Shown piece after piece: positions 52,901 through 61,130 of a stretch of 64,000 nucleotides of DNA. A program made the position numbers and the translations under genes. The number at the start of each line of letters is the position of its first letter. The first letter of the stretch is position 1. A model generated the notes under the pieces. The model saw nothing but the letters and a program-made list of their open reading frames with translations, was not told where the DNA came from and made no database searches. This DNA comes from an uncultured Actinomycetes bacterium (lineage in GTDB: Bacteria; Actinomycetota; Thermoleophilia; RBG-16-64-13): positions 487,111-551,110 of the forward strand of contig CAWFCN010000002.1 in the NCBI GenBank assembly GCA_963814415.1, written 5' to 3'.

Positions 52901-53270
52901 CAACTCGAAACTCGTCTACAGCGGCGCCTGGGCTGGCGCCTACTCCTTCTGGGCGAGTGGGGGTAGTCTCCGGTTCCTCAACGCCGCCGGCTCGGTGACT
53001 GCGAACTTCAACGGGACATATCTCTCCTGGGTTGCCAGAAAGCACCCTGTCTACGGAATAGCCACCGTAACCCTTGACGGCGGAGCGCCAATCTCTGTCG
53101 ACCTATACAGATCGGCCTCGCTCGACCAGGTGAACGTATACGACACAGGCATCCTGGCGCCGGGGAATCACACAGTCGTCATCACATGGACAGGCACAAA
53201 GAACGCCTCAGCTACCAACACCTACATAAGTAGCGACGCCTTTGACGTGATCGGAACCCTTGTGCCGTAG
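49920..53270 (+). CDS. Secreted protein: SpoIID/LytB domain followed by 5 tandem copies of an uncharacterised ~130-aa module
   Basis: TTG start with GGAGGAAG RBS and an RR-containing signal peptide. SpoIID motifs (GYGHGVGMSQWGA; EAVKAQAVAARTYA; YFSAHSGGYT). The repeats share Y.G.W...ASGGS...F.GTYL.WVA...YG.A.V.LDGG.P..VDLYS...Q.VYNTG.L.PG.HT..I.WTGTKN...DA.DV.GTL. Confidence 0.75.
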   Translation: MKLQNPLVKHGRPGSDWHHSRRLRRATLSVLTVAIVVAFTTVFAQPVSAATGDFVIQGRGYGHGVGMSQWGAWEAAREGKTYAEILAFYYPGSMPDTAPGGTTIKVRISKDPATTTYDDHYYRVYLKPVATTAVLRLQNLGSPDVDVPLTVGQVVETLYAPVSGVGHVWVAGRGAYDHVYVIPDFDTGRVAVSMQVSSVAPATTYREYWGSMNVEPMGEGEVYLNNYVLLDKYVRGVAEIKPEWANSSYTNLYAIEAVKAQAVAARTYAYAEYLNAGYVNDDTRDIYYRGYAFEVANPGAAQAATDTAGEILSYGGTLYKTYFSAHSGGYTTASAWNDSPPFYLESNPDPYSRAAPPTGLVTGIAPGYSWSVTYTPVDLSTKLIGSGYIDNVGTVTQLEIIARDTTDPESHVTAVRVTGTLGIDTISGRNFKAALGLRSTLFNVVLYGSPIRTDSTNSNIAYLGAWSTAYNVYAFGGSYALADGPAKASVSFDGTYLALVARTAPNNGKALVSLDGGPGVPVDFYSPTVKHGQQVYNTGSLTSGAHTVTIEWTGTKNFLATGTIIGLDAVDVVGTITPSPDIPPRYGEANTNLAYGGPWSVTSSSLATDGSLKLLNSPGSVTATFTGTYLAWVTKTAPTCGKAKVTLDGGGSTMVDLYSAAEANRQIVYNTGFLAPGAHTVTIEWTGTKNGAASNYQIGADAFDVIGTLTLAPPAPAYPTRYQQNDALITYLGTWAGSSVASASGGSIISSSATDGQVTICFHGTGLALLANTGPNLGIAAVTLGGVPEPPVDFYSVGTLYQQEVYDTGPLPEGDYTLVIKPDGTKNAASSGYAIDIDALDIFGELTAAPAPTRYQQAESNLTYVGSWRTGYSAGASLGSYIYLNSGGSVTVSFDGTYLAWVAKKSNQYGVAWVRLDGGTPQSVDLYSATTMYKQTVWNTGVLAPGTHTLCISWSGFKNPKSYATNVGFDAFDILGTLNPAPAPPAMPSRYQQNNSKLVYSGAWAGAYSFWASGGSLRFLNAAGSVTANFNGTYLSWVARKHPVYGIATVTLDGGAPISVDLYRSASLDQVNVYDTGILAPGNHTVVITWTGTKNASATNTYISSDAFDVIGTLVP
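51290..53267 (+). repeat. 5 x ~396-nt in-frame tandem repeats encoding the ~130-aa module
   Basis: The protein-level repeats start at NIAYLGAWSTAY, RYGEANTNLAYGGPW, RYQQNDALITYLGTW, RYQQAESNLTYVGSW and RYQQNNSKLVYSGAW. Confidence 0.7.
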
Positions 53271-53451
53271 AGCGGCTTTTCAGGCGGAATAGTCTGAGCG
53301 CTGGGCCCACCCTGTGGTGGGCCCAGCGCTCATTTCGTTCTATGTGCAGAGCCGGCGGCTCAGGTGCGCAGACGGTTTTGCCGATAGGATAACGGGGCTA
53401 TTTGCAGCCGCACATGAGATGATGTCCGGGCCGAGCATAGAGGAGGCTACC

Positions 53452-55638
53452 GTGTCAGCTATCGGCCGCCAGGCCAAGACGACCCCATCGATCCGCGGGG
53501 GTCGTACCCTCGCAGTCCTCGTCACATTGTTGGTGTTGGGTGTGTGCTCCGTGGCCGGACTCTGGGCTGCTCCGGCCCAAGCCGCCACCACCGCTCTCAG
53601 CAGCGAAGAACTAGAGTTCCTCTCTCTGATGAACGACTACCGTGTCGCCAATGGCGTCGCACCCTTGCTTATCTCGGACAAACTCATGCTATCCGCGGAC
53701 CGGCACAGCTCCGACATGGCCAAGTACTGGTTCTTCGACCACAAGACCAAGAAGTCAGACTGGTTCACCGTCGGTTCCTACCCGTGGGATCGTATGAAGA
53801 AGTGCGGCTACAGCTACTACACGTACATGGGCGAGAACATTGCGGCGGGCCAGATTACCGCGCAGTGGGTGTTCGACGACTTCAAGTATTCCACCATGGG
53901 CCACAACGAGGCCATGCTGAACCCCAGCTATAAGGTGGTGGGCGTATCTCAGGTGTTCCGTAGCGGCTCGCAGTACGAGTACTACTGGACCATCGATTTC
54001 GGTGGCTACATAGATCCGACGGCCCACGACCCCGCGATGTTTCAGCAGAACGATTCCAGACTGACTCGTCTAGGGAGCTGGGCGGGCGTCTACAGGAGCT
54101 CAGCCTCGTACGGCAACTTTGTCACCGCCAAGTCAAGGGGGGACGCTATCCTGGCCGGGTTCACAGGCGCCACCATCGAGGTCGTTGCCGAGATGGGCCC
54201 GCAATACGGAAGAGCCAAAATAAGCGTGGACGGGAACGCCCCGGAGGTAGTGAACCTCTATTCCCCCACTACCTTGCCCCAGCAGACGGTCTGGCGGAGT
54301 GGCTCTCCACTGGACGAGACTGTGCCGCACACTTTGCTCATCGAATGGGATTATGAGAACAACTCCGCTGGTCAACTGATAAGCGTGGATGCGCTGCGAG
54401 TGTTGAAGGCTGACGGAGACCCGGGCGACTTGACCCAAGCCCCCTTGCCCAAGAGGCATGAGCAGGACAATCCTGCCATCCGCTATGTCGGCCCGTGGGC
54501 TACGAGCTGGAGTGGGTCGGCCTCTAACGGAAGCTTCGCATACGCGGGCGCGCCGGGTGCAGCGGTAAGCGTGAAGTTCACAGGCACCTATCTATCCTGG
54601 ATCGCGAAGAAGAACCCATACTATGGGAAAGCCCGCGTCAGCCTCGACGGGAGTGCTCCGGTCACCGTCGACCTCTATAGCCCATACAGCACGTTCAAGC
54701 AGAGCGTCTACGGCACTGGGTTCCTGGAAGACACGGAACATACTCTCAGCATCTACTGGGACGACAAAGCCCGCAAGATCAACGTGGACGCCTTCGACGT
54801 TTTCGGTGCTGACTTCGCCGAGGTCGATTTGACTGCGGCTCTCGATGATCCGGTGCCCATCAATTGGCTGTACGAGAACACAGACTCGAGGATAGGCTAT
54901 CTCGGGCCATGGACGACCGGGTTCACCAGCTTAGCCTCTGGCGGTAGCCACAAATACTCCTGCATCAAAGGGGCCGTGGCTGTGGTCAAGTTCACCGGCA
55001 CTTCGATCGAGCTCCTGGGCAGGACGGGGCCAGCCTACAGCACGGCGCTGATCAGTTTGGACGGAGCAGGCCCCGAGTTGGTCGACCTCCACGGCGACAC
55101 GAACGAGTTCAAGTCCATCTACAGCAATCCCAGCCCCCTTGAGTACAAGGAGCACACGCTTACCATCCAAGCAACCGGCTACGACGCAACGTCAGGCGGG
55201 TACGCACTCAGCATCGACGCGCTCAAGATAACTGGGACAATGACCGAGGCCGCCAAGACTACTCGTGTCCAGCAGACCAACCCGATGTTCGCGTACGAGG
55301 GCCGCTGGGCCACCCGCTACATCTCAGCGGCCTCGTATGGCAGCTTCAAGTACGCGAATTCCCCTGGGGCAGCGGTCACAGTCACGTTCGACGGCACGTT
55401 CTTTGCCTGGGTGGCCAAGGTTGGCCCCACATACGGCCGGGCCTTGGTGAGCGTCGACGACGGTGAGCCCACGACTGTGAGTCTCTACAGCTCTAGGAAC
55501 GCCTACAAGAGACAGGTCTTCGCGACGGGCTTGCTTGACCCAGGCACCCACCACGTCACTATCAGGTGGTCGGAGGACAACGCCGCCGGAAGGTACATCA
55601 GCGTGGACGCGGCCGACATAGTGATCGTCACGCGGTAG
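53452..55638 (+). CDS. Secreted protein: CAP/SCP (YkwD-like) domain followed by 4 tandem copies of the same ~130-aa module
   Basis: GTG 53452 with a GAGGAGG RBS and a signal peptide (RGGRTLAVLVTLLVLGVCSVAGLWAAPAQA). CAP motifs (NDYRVANGV...HSSDMAKYWFFDHK...GENIAAGQ...MGHNEAMLNPSYKVVGVS). The repeats are homologous to those of the upstream gene. Confidence 0.7.
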   Translation: MSAIGRQAKTTPSIRGGRTLAVLVTLLVLGVCSVAGLWAAPAQAATTALSSEELEFLSLMNDYRVANGVAPLLISDKLMLSADRHSSDMAKYWFFDHKTKKSDWFTVGSYPWDRMKKCGYSYYTYMGENIAAGQITAQWVFDDFKYSTMGHNEAMLNPSYKVVGVSQVFRSGSQYEYYWTIDFGGYIDPTAHDPAMFQQNDSRLTRLGSWAGVYRSSASYGNFVTAKSRGDAILAGFTGATIEVVAEMGPQYGRAKISVDGNAPEVVNLYSPTTLPQQTVWRSGSPLDETVPHTLLIEWDYENNSAGQLISVDALRVLKADGDPGDLTQAPLPKRHEQDNPAIRYVGPWATSWSGSASNGSFAYAGAPGAAVSVKFTGTYLSWIAKKNPYYGKARVSLDGSAPVTVDLYSPYSTFKQSVYGTGFLEDTEHTLSIYWDDKARKINVDAFDVFGADFAEVDLTAALDDPVPINWLYENTDSRIGYLGPWTTGFTSLASGGSHKYSCIKGAVAVVKFTGTSIELLGRTGPAYSTALISLDGAGPELVDLHGDTNEFKSIYSNPSPLEYKEHTLTIQATGYDATSGGYALSIDALKITGTMTEAAKTTRVQQTNPMFAYEGRWATRYISAASYGSFKYANSPGAAVTVTFDGTFFAWVAKVGPTYGRALVSVDDGEPTTVSLYSSRNAYKRQVFATGLLDPGTHHVTIRWSEDNAAGRYISVDAADIVIVTR
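54040..55635 (+). repeat. 4 x ~399-nt in-frame tandem repeats encoding the ~130-aa module
   Basis: The protein-level repeats start at FQQNDSRLTRLGSWAGVY, HEQDNPAIRYVGPW, LYENTDSRIGYLGPW and VQQTNPMFAYEGRW. Confidence 0.7.
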
Positions 55639-55721
55639 CCCTTGGCTAGGGATCGAGGGGCCGGGGCGCGCGTTGCGATACACTTCACACGGTCTGTATC
55701 AGCGCGCAGGAGGCCGGGCGA

Positions 55722-56498
55722 GTGATAGTCGTATTCTTCGCGGACGTCATAGGCAAGCCCGGTCGGGACCTGCTCATCAAGCGGCTGCCGGAGCTGCGCA
55801 AGCGCTTCGGGGCCGATGCCGTCGTCGCTAACGGCGAGAACGTCACCGATGGCACGGGCATACGGCCCAGCCACGCGGAAGCCCTTCTGACGGCCGGCGT
55901 GGACGTCATCACCACGGGCAACCACATCTGGCGGCAGCGCGATGTCTACCGATACCTGGACGAACAGCCCAGACTCATACGACCCTACAACTTCTTGGCC
56001 TCTAGCCCTGGCCGTGGGATCACGGTGGTGGACACTACCGCCGGCCGGCTGGGAGTCGTCAATCTCAGCGGCCAGCTGTTCTTGAATCCGGCGCGGTCAC
56101 CCTTCGAGGCCGTTGACCAAGCGCTCGAAGAGTTGCACGGGGTGTGCTGCGTGCTGGTGGACCTGCACGCAGAAGCGACCAGCGAGAAGGTCGCCATGGG
56201 TTGGCATCTCGATGGTCGGGTCAGCGCCGTCATCGGCACTCACACCCACGTGAGGACGGCGGACGCGAGAGTGCTACCCGGTGGCACCGCCTACATAACC
56301 GATGCAGGTATGTGCGGTCCGAGAGACTCGGTCATAGGAGTTAAGAAAGAGCTCGTGCTCGAACGCTTTCTCACCCAGATGCCGGTGCGGTTCGAGGTGG
56401 CCGACGGTGACGTATGGCTGGAGGGAGTCGTGGTCGAGATCGGCTCCGACGGTCATGCTCTGCGGATAGAGTACTTTGAAGTGGGAGCGGCCGCTTAG
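55722..56498 (+). CDS. ymdB: YmdB-like metallophosphoesterase (TIGR00282 family, 2',3'-cNMP phosphodiesterase-like)
   Basis: VIVVFFADVIGKPGRDLL...NGENVTDGTGI...TTGNHIW and GTHTHV metallophosphatase motifs. Confidence 0.75.
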   Translation: MIVVFFADVIGKPGRDLLIKRLPELRKRFGADAVVANGENVTDGTGIRPSHAEALLTAGVDVITTGNHIWRQRDVYRYLDEQPRLIRPYNFLASSPGRGITVVDTTAGRLGVVNLSGQLFLNPARSPFEAVDQALEELHGVCCVLVDLHAEATSEKVAMGWHLDGRVSAVIGTHTHVRTADARVLPGGTAYITDAGMCGPRDSVIGVKKELVLERFLTQMPVRFEVADGDVWLEGVVVEIGSDGHALRIEYFEVGAAA

Positions 56499-56521
56499 CC
56501 CGGAGTGCCGCGGCGGGTGTC

Positions 56522-57862
56522 CTACAGCTCTCCCGCCAGGTCATGAAAGACCAACCCGGTCGGCAGTTTGGGATAGAAGAACGTGGTCTTCTGCGGCATG
56601 CGCTCGCCACCAAAGGCGACTTCGCATACCTGATCGAGCCCGGTGGGGTTCATAAAGAAGCCCACCTGATATTCACCGGCCTCAAGCCGCGCGAAGGCGT
56701 CGGCTGCGTCCTTGAAGTAGGTCACATGCTTCTCGGCAGCCATGTCCGAGGCGGAGACGCCCAGGGTCTTCTCCAGCACAAGCGTCTGGAGGATGGCCAC
56801 GTCCAATTCCTGGTAGGCGCCACTGTGGTCGGTGGACACATGCGCTTTGGCTCTATCTGCGAGACAGAAACCGTAGGGAGCGTCCAGCACAGTACCCCAG
56901 ACACCGAATGCGCCTTGCGCGTGCCTCTTGAGGTAGGCCGCTATGGAGTCCCGCGCGGCGCCGGCACCAGCGCGCGCCGTACCAGGGGCGCCGGCGCTTA
57001 GCCTCTCCACCTCAAAGGTAGCCGCCAGTGAACCCGGCAGGCCGGCCACGGCGCCTTCGGGGAGGCCGTGTAGCAGGCGGTGTGTGGGGTAGATGGCCAG
57101 GGCGGGATCGCACTTGTTGACCAGGTAGACAAGGCAGTAGTCAAAGGCAGGAGAGGCTTCGTGGTGCTCGCCGGCCACCTTGCTGCGTGCCTGTCGATAG
57201 CGGAGCGCGGTCTCGTATCTATGGTGCCCGTCCGCGATCAGGAAGCGTTCCGTCGCAAGGACCCGCGTGACCAGGGCGCACAGGTCAGGATCGGCCGTGG
57301 GCCACAGCCGCGTCATATTGCCGGCCTCATCCGATGTGGTGGCGGACGGCTCATCCGGACCAAGCGACGCTTTCCACGCCGCGGTTATCTCGTCCCCCGG
57401 AAGGTCGTACAGCATGAATACCGGGCTGAGACTCATGGCGGTCGCGTCCATCAACTGGAAGCGGTCCTCTTTGGGACCGGTCAGCGTATGCTCGTGCGGA
57501 TAGACCACACCCTCCCCGAACTCAGTCAGTCTCATAGCCGCGAGTACGCCGTGGCGGCGCCCTGCCTGTCCATCGGGTCCCGTGAAGCTCTCCTCGACAA
57601 AGGTGACGGAGGGGTCTGAGTCTCGCACCAAGACGCCCGTGCGCTTCCAGTCGGCCAGCAGCGCCGCCGCCCTGGTGTATTGGTTGCCTGAACCGGTGTC
57701 CCCAGGGTCGGTGACGCCCAAGTCGACGCGGACCACGTTATGCGGGCTGCGGGCATAGAGGGCGGACTGCAGGTCAGGGCTCACGATGTCGTAGGGAGGC
57801 GCCACCAAGCTGGACAGGTCGCCAGCAGTCGGCGAATAGCGCCAAGCGCGGAATGGGACCAC
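56522..57862 (-). CDS. DUF1015 family protein
   Basis: N-terminus MVPFRAWRYSP...VAPPYDIVS is typical of DUF1015. Confidence 0.7.
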   Translation of the reverse strand: MVPFRAWRYSPTAGDLSSLVAPPYDIVSPDLQSALYARSPHNVVRVDLGVTDPGDTGSGNQYTRAAALLADWKRTGVLVRDSDPSVTFVEESFTGPDGQAGRRHGVLAAMRLTEFGEGVVYPHEHTLTGPKEDRFQLMDATAMSLSPVFMLYDLPGDEITAAWKASLGPDEPSATTSDEAGNMTRLWPTADPDLCALVTRVLATERFLIADGHHRYETALRYRQARSKVAGEHHEASPAFDYCLVYLVNKCDPALAIYPTHRLLHGLPEGAVAGLPGSLAATFEVERLSAGAPGTARAGAGAARDSIAAYLKRHAQGAFGVWGTVLDAPYGFCLADRAKAHVSTDHSGAYQELDVAILQTLVLEKTLGVSASDMAAEKHVTYFKDAADAFARLEAGEYQVGFFMNPTGLDQVCEVAFGGERMPQKTTFFYPKLPTGLVFHDLAGEL

Positions 57863-58081
57863 AGTGTCCAGATAGGTCTCCTCGGATGCGGGGTTGCCGA
57901 CCGGCAGTGCCTGAATGATATCACCGAGGGTAAGGCCCTCTCCACGCAGGCCTGGAGACGTGACGGCGGAATAGGTTGCGCGGGCGTTCGCCTGCCGCTA
58001 GATTGGAAAGAGAATGGAATCGGCCGGACCGCCTCGCCTCAGGATCGGGCGGCTTGGAGCCTCACAAGGGAGGGCACACCA

Positions 58082-58363
58082 ATGGGGTTGAAGGACACGA
58101 TATCCGCCGGACTCCGTAGATTCGGCGAAGAGGCCGAGAAGGCGCTCGACAAGGGCAAGACGAAGGTCGAGGAACTCCAGACCGAGCTGCAGATGGATGG
58201 CCTCGCGAAGAAACTGGGCTATCTGACCTATGACCAGCACCGCGGCCGCAAGGTCGACGAGGCCACCCGAGTCAAACTGCTGATGGACCTTGCTCGTCTT
58301 GAGGACGTCCTGGCGAAAGCCAAGGCCGAGGCCGCGGCCAGAGCGGTATCCAACAAGAGCTAA
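58082..58363 (+). CDS. Small coiled-coil hypothetical protein (93 aa)
   Basis: ATG 58082 with an AGGGAGGG RBS; the track ORF 57740.. is a longer upstream extension. Heptad-like EEAEKALDKGKTKVEELQTELQ. Confidence 0.45.
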   Translation: MGLKDTISAGLRRFGEEAEKALDKGKTKVEELQTELQMDGLAKKLGYLTYDQHRGRKVDEATRVKLLMDLARLEDVLAKAKAEAAARAVSNKS

Positions 58364-58755
58364 GCCAGAGTCACAAAAGTCTCGAACGCCGGTGGGGCAT
58401 CCAGATGGCGCCTTACGGCGCAGGTCTCGGCCGCACGGATCACGGCATCCCGATACTTCTCAGGGAAGCCGGGGGCCAGCTTTATCTCCATCGAGATCTT
58501 GGAGACCAGTTTGGTCTGGGGGTCGCGCTCCTGCGTCATGACGATGCCGGCTCCCTCAGTCGGCAGGCCCCTCTGCTGCAGAAAGCTCAGCACATAGACT
58601 CCCGCGCAGGTTCCCAAAGAAGCGAGGAACAGGTCGAACGGCGCCGGGGCACTGTCTTCGCCGCCGGCACTGACGGGCTGGTCGGTATGGATGACAAAAC
58701 CCTTGTACTGAGCGTCGACGCGCATCTTGCCTGGGAAAGAGATCTGCATGTCCAC
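58360..58755 (-). CDS. osmC: OsmC/Ohr family peroxiredoxin-like protein
   Basis: 131 aa, two conserved Cys (GTCAGVYVLSFLQ...AETCAVRRHL). Confidence 0.7.
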   Translation of the reverse strand: MDMQISFPGKMRVDAQYKGFVIHTDQPVSAGGEDSAPAPFDLFLASLGTCAGVYVLSFLQQRGLPTEGAGIVMTQERDPQTKLVSKISMEIKLAPGFPEKYRDAVIRAAETCAVRRHLDAPPAFETFVTLA

Positions 58756-58859
58756 AGCGGTTCTCCTGCTAGAAGGCTACTTGATCATCAAGCAGAGCAT
58801 AGCGCAGCCAAAGGTCACAGTGGACAAGCAGGCAAGTGAAGACGTAGCGCGGTGAGAAG

Positions 58860-59216
58860 CTAGTGCCCGGCCGACCGTATTCTATCGGTCTGCGCGCGGT
58901 GGGCGAAGTCCAGGCCGCCAGGCTCGGTGGAGAGGGAGCTCAGCTCCGCCAGAGCCTCCAACATCCAGACGAATCCTTCCTCGATGGCCAAAGAGAGATA
59001 GAGCAGTTGCGGACGCTCGAGGGTGGTCTCCTGCCCGAACCCGCACTCAGGACACCATAGGACGACGTGCCAAGATGACTCGCCCTCTTGTCTCCAGTCA
59101 ACCGCCTGGACCAGAGGCGAACTGCACGACCGACAGAACACGTTGGGCGTGACGAGCTTTGAGATGGGGCTGTCTCCTTCATGCTTCACACCCCATATAT
59201 CGACTAAACGGTGCAT
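58860..59216 (-). CDS. Hypothetical zinc-ribbon-containing protein
   Basis: CRSC...CPEC pairs; 118 aa. Confidence 0.4.
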   Translation of the reverse strand: MHRLVDIWGVKHEGDSPISKLVTPNVFCRSCSSPLVQAVDWRQEGESSWHVVLWCPECGFGQETTLERPQLLYLSLAIEEGFVWMLEALAELSSLSTEPGGLDFAHRAQTDRIRSAGH

Positions 59217-59220
59217 AGGT

Positions 59221-60630
59221 TTAGAGACTACCCAAGACGAGGTCGCCTATAGCCGTGTTGTCTATGTAGCTGCCACGAACAGGGTCTATCAGCTTGGCAC
59301 CGTCTCGCAGCTGCCCGCTGTTGACGCCGATGGCGTAGAGAGGGACTAGCTGGTTCGTGTGGCCGGCGCTGTGCCAAGTCACCCCCGGCATCGCTCCTGG
59401 GCCTCTATCGGTTACGGGCGCGAAGATCGGGCGGCCGTCAACGGTACCAGCTCCTGGTCCCCAGAGCATGCCCGTTTCGTGGTCGGCGGTGACGATCAGG
59501 AGAGTGTCCCGCCACCCACCGTTGGCGAGCACCCAATCGGTGACACTGCGCACCGCATCGACAAAGGCCGCCTGCTCCTCGATCATTCGGCCGGTCTCGC
59601 CTAGGTGGCCCGCCCAATCGACACCCCCGGCCTCCACCATGAGGAAGAACCCGTCGGGATCCTCATCCAAGACGTTGAGAGCGCCGGCAACCATGGTGCT
59701 GAGGTCCGGGACAGTGCTGTTGAGCGGCACTGCGTAGGGCGCGGCCAGAAGGCTGCCGCTGCGAGCCTGCTGGAGAGTTGAGAACACCTGGGCGGTCCCG
59801 CAGACCCGCGCAGGAGTCTCTGTGGCTGTGGCAAGAGACTCGAACTCCGCCTTGGTCTGTATGAGCGTCCACGGATCGGGCCTGCCGTCCCCGTCCGCGT
59901 CGGCCACGGACAGGCTCTCCGGATGTGAGTTCTTCAATCCCGCCCACAATGACTGGCCGCCTACATAGGAAGCGTCGTTGACGGACGCGCGGCCATCGTT
60001 GTCAAAGTCGGGGTTCCCGGCACCCATTACTACGTCCACCGCGCTGTCCATGATCATCTGTCTCGCGATCTCCGCATAGTCGTTACGATCAGCCGCATGG
60101 GCTACGAATGAGGCCGGCGTCGCGTGGCTCCACGGCACTGTGGTCACGACGCCAGTCGATTTGCCCAAAGCCTCCGCGCGTTCGGTGACCGTGCGGACGG
60201 GGGCGCCGCTCGGGTCCACGCCCACGGCCCCTATGAGGGTCTTGACGCCCGAGGCCAACGCAGTAGCAGCCGCCGCGGAATCGGTGACCACAGAGTCCAT
60301 GCAGTAGCTGAAGTCCTGCCACATGAGCGCCGGGTCATAGCCAGGGACATCTAGCGAGACTTCGTAGGGATAGGTCGTGACGCCCAGTTGGACGGGGAAA
60401 CCCTCGAAGACCGACCTAACGCCCAGATAGTAGTCGGTCGCTTGTACGTGGCCATAGCCACAGCCGTCGCTGATCATCACGATGACGTTTCTGGCGGTGG
60501 CTCGCTCCTGTTGGAAGGTGTGCACCGTTGTCGGCGTGGCCCTGCCGCAGGCGAAAAGACCCACGGTGAGGGCCAAGAGAAGCGCCACGGCAGACGCGCG
60601 CATCATCGCAAAGCGGAAGGAACCTCTCAT
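59221..60630 (-). CDS. phoA: Alkaline phosphatase (PhoA family), lipoprotein/secreted
   Basis: VIVMISDGCGYG, DSAAAATALASGVKT (active-site Ser) and metal ligands. Signal peptide with LFACG lipobox. ATG 60630 (or 60606) preferred over track start 60870. Confidence 0.8.
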   Translation of the reverse strand: MRGSFRFAMMRASAVALLLALTVGLFACGRATPTTVHTFQQERATARNVIVMISDGCGYGHVQATDYYLGVRSVFEGFPVQLGVTTYPYEVSLDVPGYDPALMWQDFSYCMDSVVTDSAAAATALASGVKTLIGAVGVDPSGAPVRTVTERAEALGKSTGVVTTVPWSHATPASFVAHAADRNDYAEIARQMIMDSAVDVVMGAGNPDFDNDGRASVNDASYVGGQSLWAGLKNSHPESLSVADADGDGRPDPWTLIQTKAEFESLATATETPARVCGTAQVFSTLQQARSGSLLAAPYAVPLNSTVPDLSTMVAGALNVLDEDPDGFFLMVEAGGVDWAGHLGETGRMIEEQAAFVDAVRSVTDWVLANGGWRDTLLIVTADHETGMLWGPGAGTVDGRPIFAPVTDRGPGAMPGVTWHSAGHTNQLVPLYAIGVNSGQLRDGAKLIDPVRGSYIDNTAIGDLVLGSL

Positions 60631-60736
60631 CGGGGGCGATGTTACACCCTTGGTTGTATTCAATACGGGCCTTCCCACAGCTACTTTGCACTTCCCAGCT
60701 GGGGAACAAGTAGTAAGCCGAGTGGAGGGACAGAGT

Positions 60737-61024
60737 ATGAACAGTGTGCACTTGATAGGCAGGCTGGCCACGGACGTAGACGTCAAGGAGGTGAACGGTG
60801 GCTCCAAGGTCAGCAGCTTCATACTGGCCGTCGACCGCAACGCCGAAGAAGCCGACTTCTTCAGAGTCAAAGCGTGGAACTCTCAGGCCGAGGCGGCCGG
60901 TGACCATTTGGGCAAAGGGCGGCGCATAGCGGTTGAAGGCTCCCTGCGTCAGGACGTCTACGAGAAAGAGGGAGAAGAACGCAAAGCGGTCTCCGTGGTG
61001 GCCAGGAGGCTTGAGTACCTGTAG
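60737..61024 (+). CDS. ssb: Single-stranded DNA-binding protein-like OB-fold protein lacking the acidic C-terminal tail
   Basis: MNSVHLIGRLATDVDVKEVNGGSKVSSFILAVDR...FFRVKAWNSQAEAAGDHLGKGRRIAVEGSLRQDVYEKEGE matches the SSB OB fold. 96 aa, no DDDIPF-type tail. Confidence 0.6.
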   Translation: MNSVHLIGRLATDVDVKEVNGGSKVSSFILAVDRNAEEADFFRVKAWNSQAEAAGDHLGKGRRIAVEGSLRQDVYEKEGEERKAVSVVARRLEYL

Positions 61025-61130
61025 GTAGCTGCCTGTGTGAGAGCCCGGCGCCCCGCGCGGCGCCGGCGCTCCGGCGGGCACTAGTAGCGAAACTGAGCAG
61101 ATTCCTGCGGAGGGGACGAGAGGCGAGAAA

